In this document: positions 38,846-48,180 of the stretch, piece by piece
How the letters are laid out: every line of letters starts with the position of its first letter
Numbering within the stretch: the stretch's first letter is position 1
Assembly (NCBI GenBank): GCA_963691875.1
Contig: OY829846.1
Span: 576,001-640,000 of the forward strand
Origin: Aureliella sp.
GTDB taxonomy: Bacteria > Planctomycetota > Planctomycetia > Pirellulales > Pirellulaceae
Reading direction: 5' to 3'
Length of the DNA: 64,000 bases
Notes under the pieces: generated by a model
The model's input: only the letters and a program-made list of their open reading frames with translations
The model's database searches: none
What the model was told of the DNA's origin: nothing
Made by a program: the position numbers and the translations under genes

Positions 38846-39717
38846 TTACTCCCTTCAGGAGCATCCTCGCGAGTTGGTGTCAAACGCAACAGCATGGCTG
38901 GTACAAAAACCTCTGGCAGATCGTCCAATACTCGATCGTCCAATAGATCCAAATTCCAGCCGTTCGCAGGTGCTTGTTCGGCTATCCTGCGAATCGCCGT
39001 TTTGCCCCCATACGCCAACAAAAGCTGCCCATCGGGTTGCAGATAGTTTGCAGCTTCCGTGAGGAAGCTATCTAGCAGCTCAAACCCTGGATCGTATAGT
39101 GCGTAAGCAGCAACCTCGCTGACCGGTTGATCTTCCCATGGAGGATTCGAGATGATCAGATCGAAGTGTTCGTGCGCCTCAATAACACTAAAGGCTGAAA
39201 GGTCCTCTTGCGAGACAAGCCTACAATCTAGGTTCTCGTCGATATCGAGCCATTCTGCGTTGTACTCTGCATTTGCAATAGCTGCTGGATTGACATCTGT
39301 CGCTACTACGACGGCGGCCCCTTTTTGAAGACAGTCGATTGAGATTAGGCCCGTTCCGCACCCCACTTCCAATACCGCCTTACCATTGACTGGAATACTG
39401 TTGTCGAGAAAAGCCCTCAACGTTCCGCTGTCGTCCGGTTCCCAAAATACGGTTTCGAACTGCGCGAGCTTTTCAGGAATTCCAGGGACGAAATGCCACT
39501 GCTTGATTGTGACAGTTTCCATTGATGCCTCAGACGCTAAGGAAGAGGATTCCAGAGATGTTTCGTCAAACGATCGAGATCGACGCCTCTCGGTTTTCCA
39601 TTGCGCAATTGGAACCAGAGATGCAACCGCAACGCCAAACAATACAACGAGCAGCCAGTAGCTTGCACGTGAAAGATGGCTATGATTCGGACTGCCGTTT
39701 CCACTCAATATCTTCAC
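38842..39717 (-). CDS. Membrane-anchored SAM methyltransferase (HemK2/PrmC-like, NPPW)
   Basis: N-terminal TM, VLEVGCGTG, DVNP.AI.NA, FDLIISNPPW. Confidence 0.85.
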   Translation of the reverse strand: MKILSGNGSPNHSHLSRASYWLLVVLFGVAVASLVPIAQWKTERRRSRSFDETSLESSSLASEASMETVTIKQWHFVPGIPEKLAQFETVFWEPDDSGTLRAFLDNSIPVNGKAVLEVGCGTGLISIDCLQKGAAVVVATDVNPAAIANAEYNAEWLDIDENLDCRLVSQEDLSAFSVIEAHEHFDLIISNPPWEDQPVSEVAAYALYDPGFELLDSFLTEAANYLQPDGQLLLAYGGKTAIRRIAEQAPANGWNLDLLDDRVLDDLPEVFVPAMLLRLTPTREDAPEGSN

Positions 39718-39832
39718 CTTGCATCCGGAATGCTCTGCTCGATTAACGAGCGAATAACTCTGGTGAGGGTCAACGTTGCCCTAGTTCAGCACGATGCCAA
39801 CTCACCGGGCTCGCTTGACCAATTTGAAATTC

Positions 39833-40765
39833 TCATTGCAACTTCCAATCGAGCCCTAAATCGAGATTGACGGCCGAGTGAGTCAAGGCACCTAAACTGA
39901 TTCGCTCAACACCCGTATCCGCTTTGGCACGCAGCGTTTCTTGAGTGATTCCGCCCGATGCCTCAAGCTGAACCCCCGGGCTCTTGGAGTCCCGCATGGC
40001 AACAGCTTCGCGAAGAGTCTGAACGCTCATATTGTCGAGAAGCACGATATCTGGCTGGGCGTCCAGAGCTTCTTTAAGCTGCTCTAAGGTATCGACTTCA
40101 ATTTCTATAATGGTATCCGGCTTCGTATCGTGTGAGTTTTCGCAAAACTCTCTCAGTTTTCTCACAACCTCAATTGGGCTCAAAAGTTTGCCTGTTCGGT
40201 GAGCGTCGCAGGCAAGGTGATTGTCTTTGACCATGATAGCCTCGTAGAGACCGCTTCGGTGGTTCATTGCTCCGCCGCAGCGCGTTGCGTATTTTTCAAG
40301 CCGTCTCCAGCCTGGGGTTGTCTTACGTGTGTCGTACAGTTTGGTCTCCAGATCCTCGATCAACGAAACATGCGCTTGAGTCCATGTTGCAATGCCACAA
40401 AGCCGACCGAGAAGATTTAGCAGGATACGTTCACAGGTCAGGATGTCTCGTCCGCTGCCCCGCAAGATAGCTAGAACTTGCTTTGGAGAGAAAGCTTTTC
40501 CATCAAAGATTCTAAGCTCGCAACTCAAACTGACATCTAACGCTTCTATCATCCAAGGTAGAAGGTCGACACCGGCTGCGATACCTGTGGATCTAGTGCA
40601 AATCTCTGCCGAAGCCTTCAATTCAGCTGGAACCATCGCGACAGTGGTCAAGTCGAAGCTGCGGTCCAAGTCCTCACGCACCGCTAGCCGGATGAGCTCG
40701 AACAGATCATCCTTGAGTCGACGATCCTTTCCTTGCTGGACAAAATCCTGGCCCGGCTTGAGCAT
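39833..40765 (-). CDS. nadC: Quinolinate phosphoribosyltransferase
   Basis: ERILLN, DTRKTTPGWR, NHRSGL, KDNH, EIEVD, LLDNM, EASGG, GALTHS. Confidence 0.96.
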   Translation of the reverse strand: MLKPGQDFVQQGKDRRLKDDLFELIRLAVREDLDRSFDLTTVAMVPAELKASAEICTRSTGIAAGVDLLPWMIEALDVSLSCELRIFDGKAFSPKQVLAILRGSGRDILTCERILLNLLGRLCGIATWTQAHVSLIEDLETKLYDTRKTTPGWRRLEKYATRCGGAMNHRSGLYEAIMVKDNHLACDAHRTGKLLSPIEVVRKLREFCENSHDTKPDTIIEIEVDTLEQLKEALDAQPDIVLLDNMSVQTLREAVAMRDSKSPGVQLEASGGITQETLRAKADTGVERISLGALTHSAVNLDLGLDWKLQ

Positions 40766-40931
40766 TATCTGAATTTCTGTGGTTGGAGTTGGGAAAATGA
40801 AGCCAGCTTTGCCCGCTGGCCCCAAACGGGTGGGAGCAGTGAATCCAATCAAATTCTAGGGTAGAGCACGTTCTTACGCTTGCCGAGTGCAAATAGTGGA
40901 CACTTGCCGCGCGCGGGTGTAAGATTATTGC

Positions 40932-41042
40932 AGTTGCGAAAGGAGCAGAGCAGAACTTTTTTATTATTCCGCAACAGCAAATCTTGGCCTCTTCTCTGTT
41001 CCGGCCCCGTTGAATGTCTTCGGATACTCAACGGGGTTTTTT
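40932..41042 (+). ncRNA. Candidate small RNA or attenuator leader divergent from nadC
   Basis: TGGACA-N17-TAAGAT promoter (40897-40925), 5' stem GTTGCG/CGCAAC, strong terminator at the 3' end, no ORF. Confidence 0.4.
41005..41042 (+). terminator. Intrinsic terminator
   Basis: CCCCGTTGA..C(TTCG)G..TCAACGGGG followed by T6. Confidence 0.8.
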
Positions 41043-41271
41043 CGTGCGCGGTGAACATCAACAGGAGGATCAGACGGGTACACTGATCCGATCGCCTGTA
41101 CCGGACGATTCCGGGAAGGATGATCGCTGTGGAAGAGCTGAAGACGCAGTCTCAGAATTTGCTCGAGTTGTTTTATAAGAGTTTGGGTTCATTCTATTAG
41201 ATAGCTCTTTCACTTGCGGCTATCGGTAGTTTGCTCGCTTTGGTTGTGTTACTGCGATACGGAGACGTCCG

Positions 41272-41496
41272 CTAGACCGGAACTGCAATAATCTTGTTGT
41301 TAATGCTGCCGACTTTGACGCAACGGTTCCAGATCTCTTCAACACGTAGGGAATGATCGATTGTCGCTGGAGCTTCCGTGAGGGAGGAGGAACGCGTCAT
41401 GGGCTTTTCAACTGCCATTAGATCTATCACCGTCAGCTTCCCGCTCGCGAGTTCGACGTACATCATTGCCACAACCGGCTCTTTTGTCCGCTCCAT
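41272..41496 (-). CDS. Small hypothetical protein
   Basis: 74-aa ATG ORF filling the gap, divergent from the split peptidase gene; no family recognised. Confidence 0.35.
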   Translation of the reverse strand: MERTKEPVVAMMYVELASGKLTVIDLMAVEKPMTRSSSLTEAPATIDHSLRVEEIWNRCVKVGSINNKIIAVPV

Positions 41497-41537
41497 CTCT
41501 GCGAGCCCCGTATCGAAATAGACATTCAGAAAGAATC

Positions 41538-41713
41538 ATGCGCAACATTCCTAAGCTCACTCTTATCTTGCTGTTTGCCGTCTTCGGCAAGGCCTTGGCC
41601 GATCATTCTGAGCTTTCGGTCAAGTTGGATACCGAAGAGGTTCCGCATCTGACGAATTGGGGGGGAGGAAGCGCAACGTGTCGCGAAACGCTGGTATCCT
41701 CGGATTCATAATC
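41538..41713 (+). pseudogene. 5' part of a secreted BSP-family peptidase gene interrupted by the element
   Basis: Signal peptide MRNIPKLTLILLFAVFGKALA, LDTEEVPHLTNWG; after a +1 shift in G7 (41659-41665) it reads EEAQRVAKRWYPRIHN, which continues at 50718. Confidence 0.8.
41701..41713 (+). repeat. attL core CGGATTCATAATC
   Basis: Identical copy at 50718-50730. Confidence 0.9.
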
Positions 41714-41845
41714 AGGTGGCAACGTCACACCGAAAAGCCTTTCTGTAGTTAGTGAAATTGGCTTTTGCCTTGTTTTTGCCTTTAATACGCTTGTGTCAGT
41801 GATTGCCACAGGTTGACATAGCTAGTCTCCAATTGCATGCTGTTT

Positions 41846-41863
41846 GGCACACTGACGGCACAC
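41846..41863 (+). promoter_or_regulatory. GGCACAC direct-repeat pair (putative integrase arm-type sites)
   Basis: GGCACAC-TGAC-GGCACAC, 11-bp period; similar pairs at 43133-43149 and 50622-50639. Confidence 0.55.
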
Positions 41864-41874
41864 AGGAGAAAGCG

Positions 41875-43028
41875 ATGGGCAAGATTTACAAGCGTGATAA
41901 TAGTCCTTGTTATTGGATGATTACACAGACCATCGAGGCAAGCGAATTCGCAAGAGCACCGGCTGTCGGGACAAAGCAAACGCTCTAAAGGTGCTCGCTA
42001 AAGTCGAAAGTGATGATTCTCTCGTTCAACACGGGCTAAAGTCCCCCGTATCTGATGCACGCAACGAGCTGTTAGATAAGCATCTGGACGCTTACTACAG
42101 GCAGCTAGCATCGAGTCGCACTAAAAGGTACGCGATTGACGTTCGCGCCCAAATTATTGCAGTTGCCGACTTTGCTGGCTGGGATCGACTATCAGACATT
42201 TCATCAAATAGCTTAGAAGACTGGGTCGTCCATCTGAAAGAAAAGGGACGAGGTTCAAGGACGGTCCGAACCTACATTGGCGCGGTTTGCACATTTTGCA
42301 GCTGGCTCGTTAAACGGAAGTGCTTGATTGTAAATCCAGTGATTGGTGTTGAGAAACCGAAGCTAAAAGCCGGTCGCGTATTCCATCGAAGGATGCTGCT
42401 TGAAGATGAATGGGTCTGGCTTTCGCGGTCGCTCACCTCTAGCGTGGAAACAGTAAACGGATTGAGCGCAAGTGTTCGCCGTTTGCTGTACTGGACTGCT
42501 ATCGAAACAGGATTACGTAGCAACGAACTGCGCAGCCTTGTCAAAGATAACCTCAACTTAAGCAGCAAAGAGCCTCACATTGTCTGCCCAGCAAACGCTA
42601 CCAAGAGCGGAGAACTTGCGCGGCAATTTATTTCAGACCAGCTTGCTGAAGCACTCACACGCCACCTCAAGGCTTTATCAGCGGGTGATGCCTTATTTCC
42701 AGTTGAAGACAGTCTACTCATGGCAAAGGTGCTGGCCGCAGATTTGGCCGATGCGCGGAGGCTATGGGTGGAGGCAGTAAGTGAAGATGAGGTTAAAGCT
42801 AATCCACACTTTTTGCAGCTGAAAAACGGAAGCGGAGAAAAACTAGACTTTCACGCGCTACGACATACCACCGGTGCTTGGCTTGTAAATCGTGGCGTAA
42901 GTTTGCCGGAGGTCCAGCAAATCATGCGGCATTCGACCATCACGCTAACGATTGACCATTACGGACACCTCGCACCAGATGCAGCGAGTAGACATAGGAA
43001 CCTCCTTTCTGCTATTTTTCTGTCGTGA
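41875..43028 (+). CDS. Tyrosine recombinase/integrase with a 1-nt frameshift near codon 15
   Basis: AGGAGA RBS, MGKIYKRDNSPCYW then shift to DYTDHRGKRIRKSTG; catalytic TGLRSNEL, TK, FHALRHT, MRHS, HY all present. Confidence 0.9.
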
Positions 43029-43273
43029 GTTGTTGACCTGACGCTTGGAATCGTTATCTTCCAACTGTTGGGCGCAAATCCAGCCAAATTGCTTCAGAGA
43101 GAAAGTCAATCCCTGAGTCAACTTAGACCAGGCGCACACTCCGGCACACTGTGTTCCCTCAGTAGAGGTTGAACTGGTGCCAATCCTGACAGTGCCTTGT
43201 AGGCCAGTAGGCAAGCCAATCGTGAAAACTACTTAGGTTCGAGTAGGCGAATGGCCCTAATGGAGCAATTTAG

Positions 43274-43483
43274 ATGAAGAAGTCTTTAAGCACTGAGGCA
43301 AACTCAAAAAAGACAATTGAACAACTCTTAGACACTCCCGCTGTTGCTGCAATCTATCGAATCAGCATACGGAGCGTTCCTCGTTTAGTTGAGGCCGGTG
43401 TCATTCCCCCGCCAATCAGGATTGGTCGCGCCGTTCGTTGGCTTCCCGCCGACATTCGAGCATCTTTTGAACAACTCGGCTAA
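43274..43483 (+). CDS. AlpA/excisionase-like winged HTH protein
   Basis: LLD...VA..Y.IS.RSV.RLVEAG.IPPPIRIGRAVRW. Confidence 0.85.
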   Translation: MKKSLSTEANSKKTIEQLLDTPAVAAIYRISIRSVPRLVEAGVIPPPIRIGRAVRWLPADIRASFEQLG

Positions 43484-43493
43484 CACCGATCCA

Positions 43494-43646
43494 ATGATCG
43501 CATGGCTGAATTATTGCCAAGAGTGTGGTGCGTCCTGCGCGCTACACCAGCGGCGTTGCAAAAAATGTCAAATCGATCAGGTGCAGGCTTTGGTTCAGTC
43601 GGCACTTGCTGCTGGAATCGTTCTGAAAACGGCAGACAATTTGTAG
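43494..43646 (+). CDS. Small Zn-finger-like protein
   Basis: CQECG..C....RCKKC; follows the HTH gene by 10 nt. Confidence 0.5.
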   Translation: MIAWLNYCQECGASCALHQRRCKKCQIDQVQALVQSALAAGIVLKTADNL

Positions 43647-43654
43647 AAACAGAC

Positions 43655-43689
43655 GAAGCCAGCCGGGATTCAGGGCCTCGGCTGGCTTC
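43655..43689 (+). promoter_or_regulatory. Stem-loop between the early genes and rep
   Basis: GAAGCCAGCCG..CGGCTGGCTTC perfect 11-bp stem. Confidence 0.5.
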
Positions 43690-43743
43690 AATATTTCGCG
43701 GTGGAGTCGCCGCATTTCGTGACTGTGTAATGGATTCTAACCA

Positions 43744-44550
43744 ATGGGTCGCATACGAACAATTAAACCGGAATTCCCACAATCCGAATCAATGGGAAAC
43801 GTCTCTCGCGATGCAAGGCTGACCTTCATCCTTCTTTGGACACTCGTTGATGACTCGGGGAGGACTCGCGGCAGTTCGCGAATGCTCGCGAGCCTTCTGT
43901 TTCCTTACGACGAGGACTCGGCGAGCCTTATCGAGGGCTGGTTGGAAGAGCTTGAAGGCCAGAAATGCATCCATCGTTACGTCGTGGATGGAAACCACTA
44001 CTTAGAGGTATCCAATTGGTCCAAGCACCAAAAGATCGACCGAGCAAGCCAACCAAAATATCCCGCAAACCCAGAAAAACAAAGGACTTGCGACGATGTT
44101 GGTGATGACTCGACGAACCCTCGCGAGTCCTCGACGAATACTCGCGAGCCTTCAACGAACCCTCGCGAAAAGTCGCCTAGGATCAAGGACCAAGGAAAGG
44201 GAGAGGATCAAGGAGGACTCGCGAAGGATCGAGGAAAGGAGACGAGCACACACACACTCTCAGGGCAATTCGAATATCTGAATGATCCAAGACTTCAGGA
44301 GCTCTGGACCGACTGGTTGCAGAAGATGCAAAACCAAAAGGTGGATCTCGATCTACCGACTCAAAAGGCACAACTTCAACGCCTATCAAGCGAGAGCCTA
44401 CCACGAGCGAGAGAGGTGCTTGAGTTTTCCCTTTCTAAGCAAACCAAAAGCCTAATATTCGACGGGCCCCGAAACAATTTCGCTCAACGCCAAAGCATGT
44501 TTGAGGAAAGCCACGGCAGGGATGGACAAAAAGTGAGCATGTATGACTGA
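43744..44550 (+). CDS. Phage-type replication initiator (MARIRTIKPEF / replisome-organiser family)
   Basis: MGRIRTIKPEF..S, ARL.FI.LW...DDSGR, NWSKHQKID; iterons inside the gene. Confidence 0.8.
   Translation: MGRIRTIKPEFPQSESMGNVSRDARLTFILLWTLVDDSGRTRGSSRMLASLLFPYDEDSASLIEGWLEELEGQKCIHRYVVDGNHYLEVSNWSKHQKIDRASQPKYPANPEKQRTCDDVGDDSTNPRESSTNTREPSTNPREKSPRIKDQGKGEDQGGLAKDRGKETSTHTLSGQFEYLNDPRLQELWTDWLQKMQNQKVDLDLPTQKAQLQRLSSESLPRAREVLEFSLSKQTKSLIFDGPRNNFAQRQSMFEESHGRDGQKVSMYD
44110..44172 (+). repeat. Three tandem 21-bp iterons (putative origin)
   Basis: TCGACGAACCCTCGCGAGTCC / TCGACGAATACTCGCGAGCCT / TCAACGAACCCTCGCGAAAAG. Confidence 0.8.
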
Positions 44551-44655
44551 CCGCAAACAGCAACTCGCGCTTCTGGTTGAATTTGATGCAACCAACTTTC
44601 ACGGAATGCGGTGCGCGTTGAAGGGGTCGCTGAGGTGATACGAACCTTGGCTGAG

Positions 44656-44847
44656 TTAATGACGCTTTTTACTTTTCCAAGTGCCGCCATACTGGTAGTG
44701 AACGTTTCCTGGTCTGGCTAAATCAAGGCATTCCGGACAGAGAAAGATCCAGGGACCATCCTTTTCCGTGCGAACGCGATAGAGGACTTCGTTCGATTGC
44801 TCGCAACGGCAGCATTGTTTCGTGCGAACTCGCTTAATCTTTACCAT
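44656..44847 (-). CDS. Small Cys-rich protein (CxxC..CxxC, YGGTWK)
   Basis: CCRC..VLYRV....W.F.CPEC...YQYGGTWK. Confidence 0.7.
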   Translation of the reverse strand: MVKIKRVRTKQCCRCEQSNEVLYRVRTEKDGPWIFLCPECLDLARPGNVHYQYGGTWKSKKRH

Positions 44848-45495
44848 GGATTTACATTACGTTCGCGGTGATTTGGTTTGGAACCAGGAAGGAGCAGTGC
44901 CCACCTCGGATCGCGTGAGCTCGACATCGTGTACAGTTGATTGGGTTTTCCAAGCCAACACCATAATATGAACGATGTCGGAGTGGTCCAATTGCCAGGG
45001 GCAGTCACTTCCCTTTTGATCGCCATCGCAAGCGGTCGTGGTGCCATGTGACCAAAGCACTTACTTCGCCTGTGGTAACCTATTCGGCAGTAAGACAACA
45101 CACTTCGATGCCTTGCTAGACCTCATGGTGAGAGTCGCAATTATATCCTGGAGGGGGGGTTTGGAAATGTTAATCGGCCATGACGATTCTACTTATGCTG
45201 GCGGGTGCTGTACGGTCTTGCCTTAAGAATTTATGGTTTAGTCATGCTCACATCTCGGCGAGACTTTTGGGGCAGTGCTTAGGTAGCGGGGGCATTGGAC
45301 GGCAGTGTTTTACCCGAAGAGATAAGGCCGAACGCTTTAGCGAAGCGGATTCACTCGATTGCGGCAGTAGACATCTCTTTGATTGCGACTGTGTGGCAAA
45401 GACAGGAATAAGCTTGAAGGTAGTTTACTTCCAGCAGGTGCTAGTGATAACCATTCAGAGTATGTTCCCTCACCCGTTTCAAAACGAGCAATAAA

Positions 45496-46452
45496 TTGAA
45501 AATCTCAATCATAGGCGTCGGGAATGTGGGCAAGATTGTTGGTTTATTTCTCGCAAGACGAGGTTTAGCCGAAGAAATTGTCTTGTGTGCTCGTGATACT
45601 TCAGTAAGTCAACGCAGAGCCAATGCCGAGGCTTTGGATATTAATCATGCCATCGCCTTTACCGGACATAATCTGACTGTACGTGCGGGTACCACAGAAG
45701 ATACGGATGGCTCCGACATTGTCATATTCGCAGCGAGTGTGCCTAGCCCCTTGGACATGACGGATCGAATGCAACTAGCGCGTGGAAACGCAAAACTTGC
45801 GGAAGAACTGGTTCCGCCTCTGGTTCACCGTAGCCCGGAAGCGATATTTATCAATGTTAGTAACCCACTTGATGTTATTACTTACGAGCTTATTCGCCTG
45901 ACTGGACTCGGATACCGAAAAGTAATTGGCACTGGGACCTTAATAGATTCGGCTAGATTTCGAAGATGCCTTGCAAATAAGCTTGATATTAACGCAATCG
46001 ATATCAACGCTTACGTGATCGGTGAACACGGTCGCACTCAGTTTGCGACTCTTAGTCATGCAACGACTGGTGGAATGAAACTCGACCACGTAATGACCAA
46101 GCTCGTTCACGCAAATTGGCTTGCCGATGCCGAGGCGGAATCGAGAACGGCTGGGTTTGAGATATTTTATGCCCGTGGTTACACGAACTACGCTGTCGCA
46201 ACGGCAGTGGAGATGATTGTTGATGGAGTCGTCCACGATCGCTGCGAAACACTACCTGTGAGTGTCCTCATTGACGGCTTCTGTGGAGCGCGAGGAGTTT
46301 GTCTCTCCGTGCCCTGCGTGGTTGGGCAGGGCGGTATTAAACGACGACTGGCCCCAGAGCTGGACGAGGCGGAAAAAGCGAAATTCCAAGCTAGTGCAGA
46401 ATCAGTTCGTAGCGTGATCGACGACCTAAGAATTGACGAAATTAATCCGTAA
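45496..46452 (+). CDS. LDH/MDH-superfamily 2-hydroxyacid dehydrogenase (cargo)
   Basis: GVGNVG, R.QL..GN, SNPLD, GTGTLIDSARFR, GEHG. Confidence 0.9.
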   Translation: MKISIIGVGNVGKIVGLFLARRGLAEEIVLCARDTSVSQRRANAEALDINHAIAFTGHNLTVRAGTTEDTDGSDIVIFAASVPSPLDMTDRMQLARGNAKLAEELVPPLVHRSPEAIFINVSNPLDVITYELIRLTGLGYRKVIGTGTLIDSARFRRCLANKLDINAIDINAYVIGEHGRTQFATLSHATTGGMKLDHVMTKLVHANWLADAEAESRTAGFEIFYARGYTNYAVATAVEMIVDGVVHDRCETLPVSVLIDGFCGARGVCLSVPCVVGQGGIKRRLAPELDEAEKAKFQASAESVRSVIDDLRIDEINP

Positions 46453-46633
46453 AGTGCAGCATAATCTGAATCAGAAAATGTTCGATACAAGAGATTGCTT
46501 TCACGATCAGCTGCACGGCAGCTAAGAGAAATTTGTAATTACGAATTGCACGAGCAGATCGAGAGATATTGTTGCAATTTGGATCTTTTACTTGCGATGA
46601 ACAGGCCTGTCTAAGCTCGCGGAGTACCTCGAC

Positions 46634-47323
46634 TCAAACGATCGTATGTCGTGGAAAGTATCGTATGCCTTCTCGTCTTTGCATGCGAGGCATTACGAGC
46701 GTTCCTGCACCGAGCACGCACCAGATCGCGATCGCCGATGGCTCTGGAACGACTGCTTCACTCGACGACAAAGCGTGTATGTTGTCAATGAACATGATTA
46801 ACGGCGTTGTGTGACTGGATTGTGTTGTTCCGATGTGAAGATTAAGCCCGGTAGTGTTGCGGGCTCCGGGCAGGTTCGTGATCGGGTCGCCCTCACCATC
46901 AATTAGCTTAGGCGTTAATTCAACGCGGCGGTATCCGCCACCGATCGATATCACATTGCTAGCGAGGTATACGACGCTTTCGTCGCCACCATCTTCCTTT
47001 ATCTTGAATCCAGTTGACGAATAATAAAAGTCGATCGTTGGATCTTGGAAGCGGATATCAAAGGTGATCTTAGTAAAATTCGGTTGAGCGGGCCAATCGG
47101 TCTCCCATGCATGAACTATGTGCCAACTATCTCGGTAAGTACCAGAGATCTTTAGAGCGCCGCTACCATCCACGCCTTCACCAGCAGCGAAGGCAACAGA
47201 GAATGGCTCAAATTCATTATTGACCCAATTATCTTGGTCTGCATCGAATTGAAAAATGACGCCGGCGTCAGCGATTGCGACATGCACGGCTAAGATCACG
47301 AGAGTGGAACACAATTTCAACAT
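46634..47323 (-). CDS. PEP-CTERM exported protein (cargo)
   Basis: Signal peptide, VPEPSAIAIW + TM + basic tail. Confidence 0.85.
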   Translation of the reverse strand: MLKLCSTLVILAVHVAIADAGVIFQFDADQDNWVNNEFEPFSVAFAAGEGVDGSGALKISGTYRDSWHIVHAWETDWPAQPNFTKITFDIRFQDPTIDFYYSSTGFKIKEDGGDESVVYLASNVISIGGGYRRVELTPKLIDGEGDPITNLPGARNTTGLNLHIGTTQSSHTTPLIMFIDNIHALSSSEAVVPEPSAIAIWCVLGAGTLVMPRMQRREGIRYFPRHTIV

Positions 47324-47599
47324 CGAATTTGTTTCCTCCGAAAAACTGTAAGGCTAGGTGTGCGGAAGTTGGTAGTCCATCGAGCGCAACTAAACGTTTT
47401 GCCCGGTTGCTGACTGAGATCACTCTTTTTGAGCCTGGTAAAACTATCATGCTCGCGCTAATCGGGATTCGGTAGAAATTCAAGTAAATGCTGATGTTGC
47501 GCTTCATTTTGGCGTTACTATGGCTAACACCGGGAAGACATATTTGGGCCGATTCTCCTTGAAATAGGCGTCGCTTGTTGGTAGGCCCTACCCGTGAGT

Positions 47600-47658
47600 C
47601 GGGTCCTTTCCTAGTCGGAAAACGGTACTGCGGTGCCAGTCATCGCGGCACTTTTTCG
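47600..47658 (+). other. Lambda-type cos-like site (cosQ-cosN resemblance)
   Basis: CGGGTCCTTTCC-N31-TCGCGG..TTTTTCG versus lambda CGGGTCCTTTCC-N30-TCGCGGGTTTTCG (lambda sequence recalled from memory). Confidence 0.6.
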
Positions 47659-47682
47659 ACACAGTCCGGCGCGAATAGAAAA

Positions 47683-47853
47683 ATGCGAAATCTCGTCAAC
47701 CTTGCCCGCATGATCGAGCGTAAAGCGCAGGCAGCAGCCAGAACCTGCCGGCACTGTGGCAAAACCTTGATCGCTCAACGCTCAACCAGAATTTACTGTT
47801 CGCCTAGGTGCAGATTGAAATCCTGGCGAATCACCCGAAAACCGCAGAAATGA
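47683..47853 (+). CDS. Small Zn-finger protein (CxxC..YCSxxCR, CGNR-like)
   Basis: RTCRHCGK......R.YCSPRCR..SWR. Confidence 0.6.
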   Translation: MRNLVNLARMIERKAQAAARTCRHCGKTLIAQRSTRIYCSPRCRLKSWRITRKPQK

Positions 47854-48180
47854 TGCGGTTAGAGTTTCACCTCCTTCAACTGCAACGAGCATCGGTGTCG
47901 CATCCTATCAATTATTAACTAACAAGGCACCGCTCTAGTTGGCTCATCGGAGGTGCAATTCTGACATGGGTAAGCTCGAGCGGCCTATGATGCGGCGGAC
48001 AACCTGTAAGTAGCTAGGGTTGAACGGTTGGTCTTAGTTCAGGCCAGGGGGACTGTTCGGTTTCAGCGGTAAGAACTAATGGTTGATCAATTTTGCTTGC
48101 TATTTGAAGCATCGGGATTATCATGTCCTCGCACTAATCATGCGCTAAATTAAGCGATTCCAATTTAGTTCTATCTATCG

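Noticed and set aside
41690..41760. tRNA-Met gene at attL or attR
   Set aside because: Only the anticodon-arm-like 13 bp is present; no D arm, T arm (GTTCGA) or acceptor stem.
44850..45494. ORFs between the Cys-rich gene and the dehydrogenase
   Set aside because: Several short overlapping frames, none with recognisable features.
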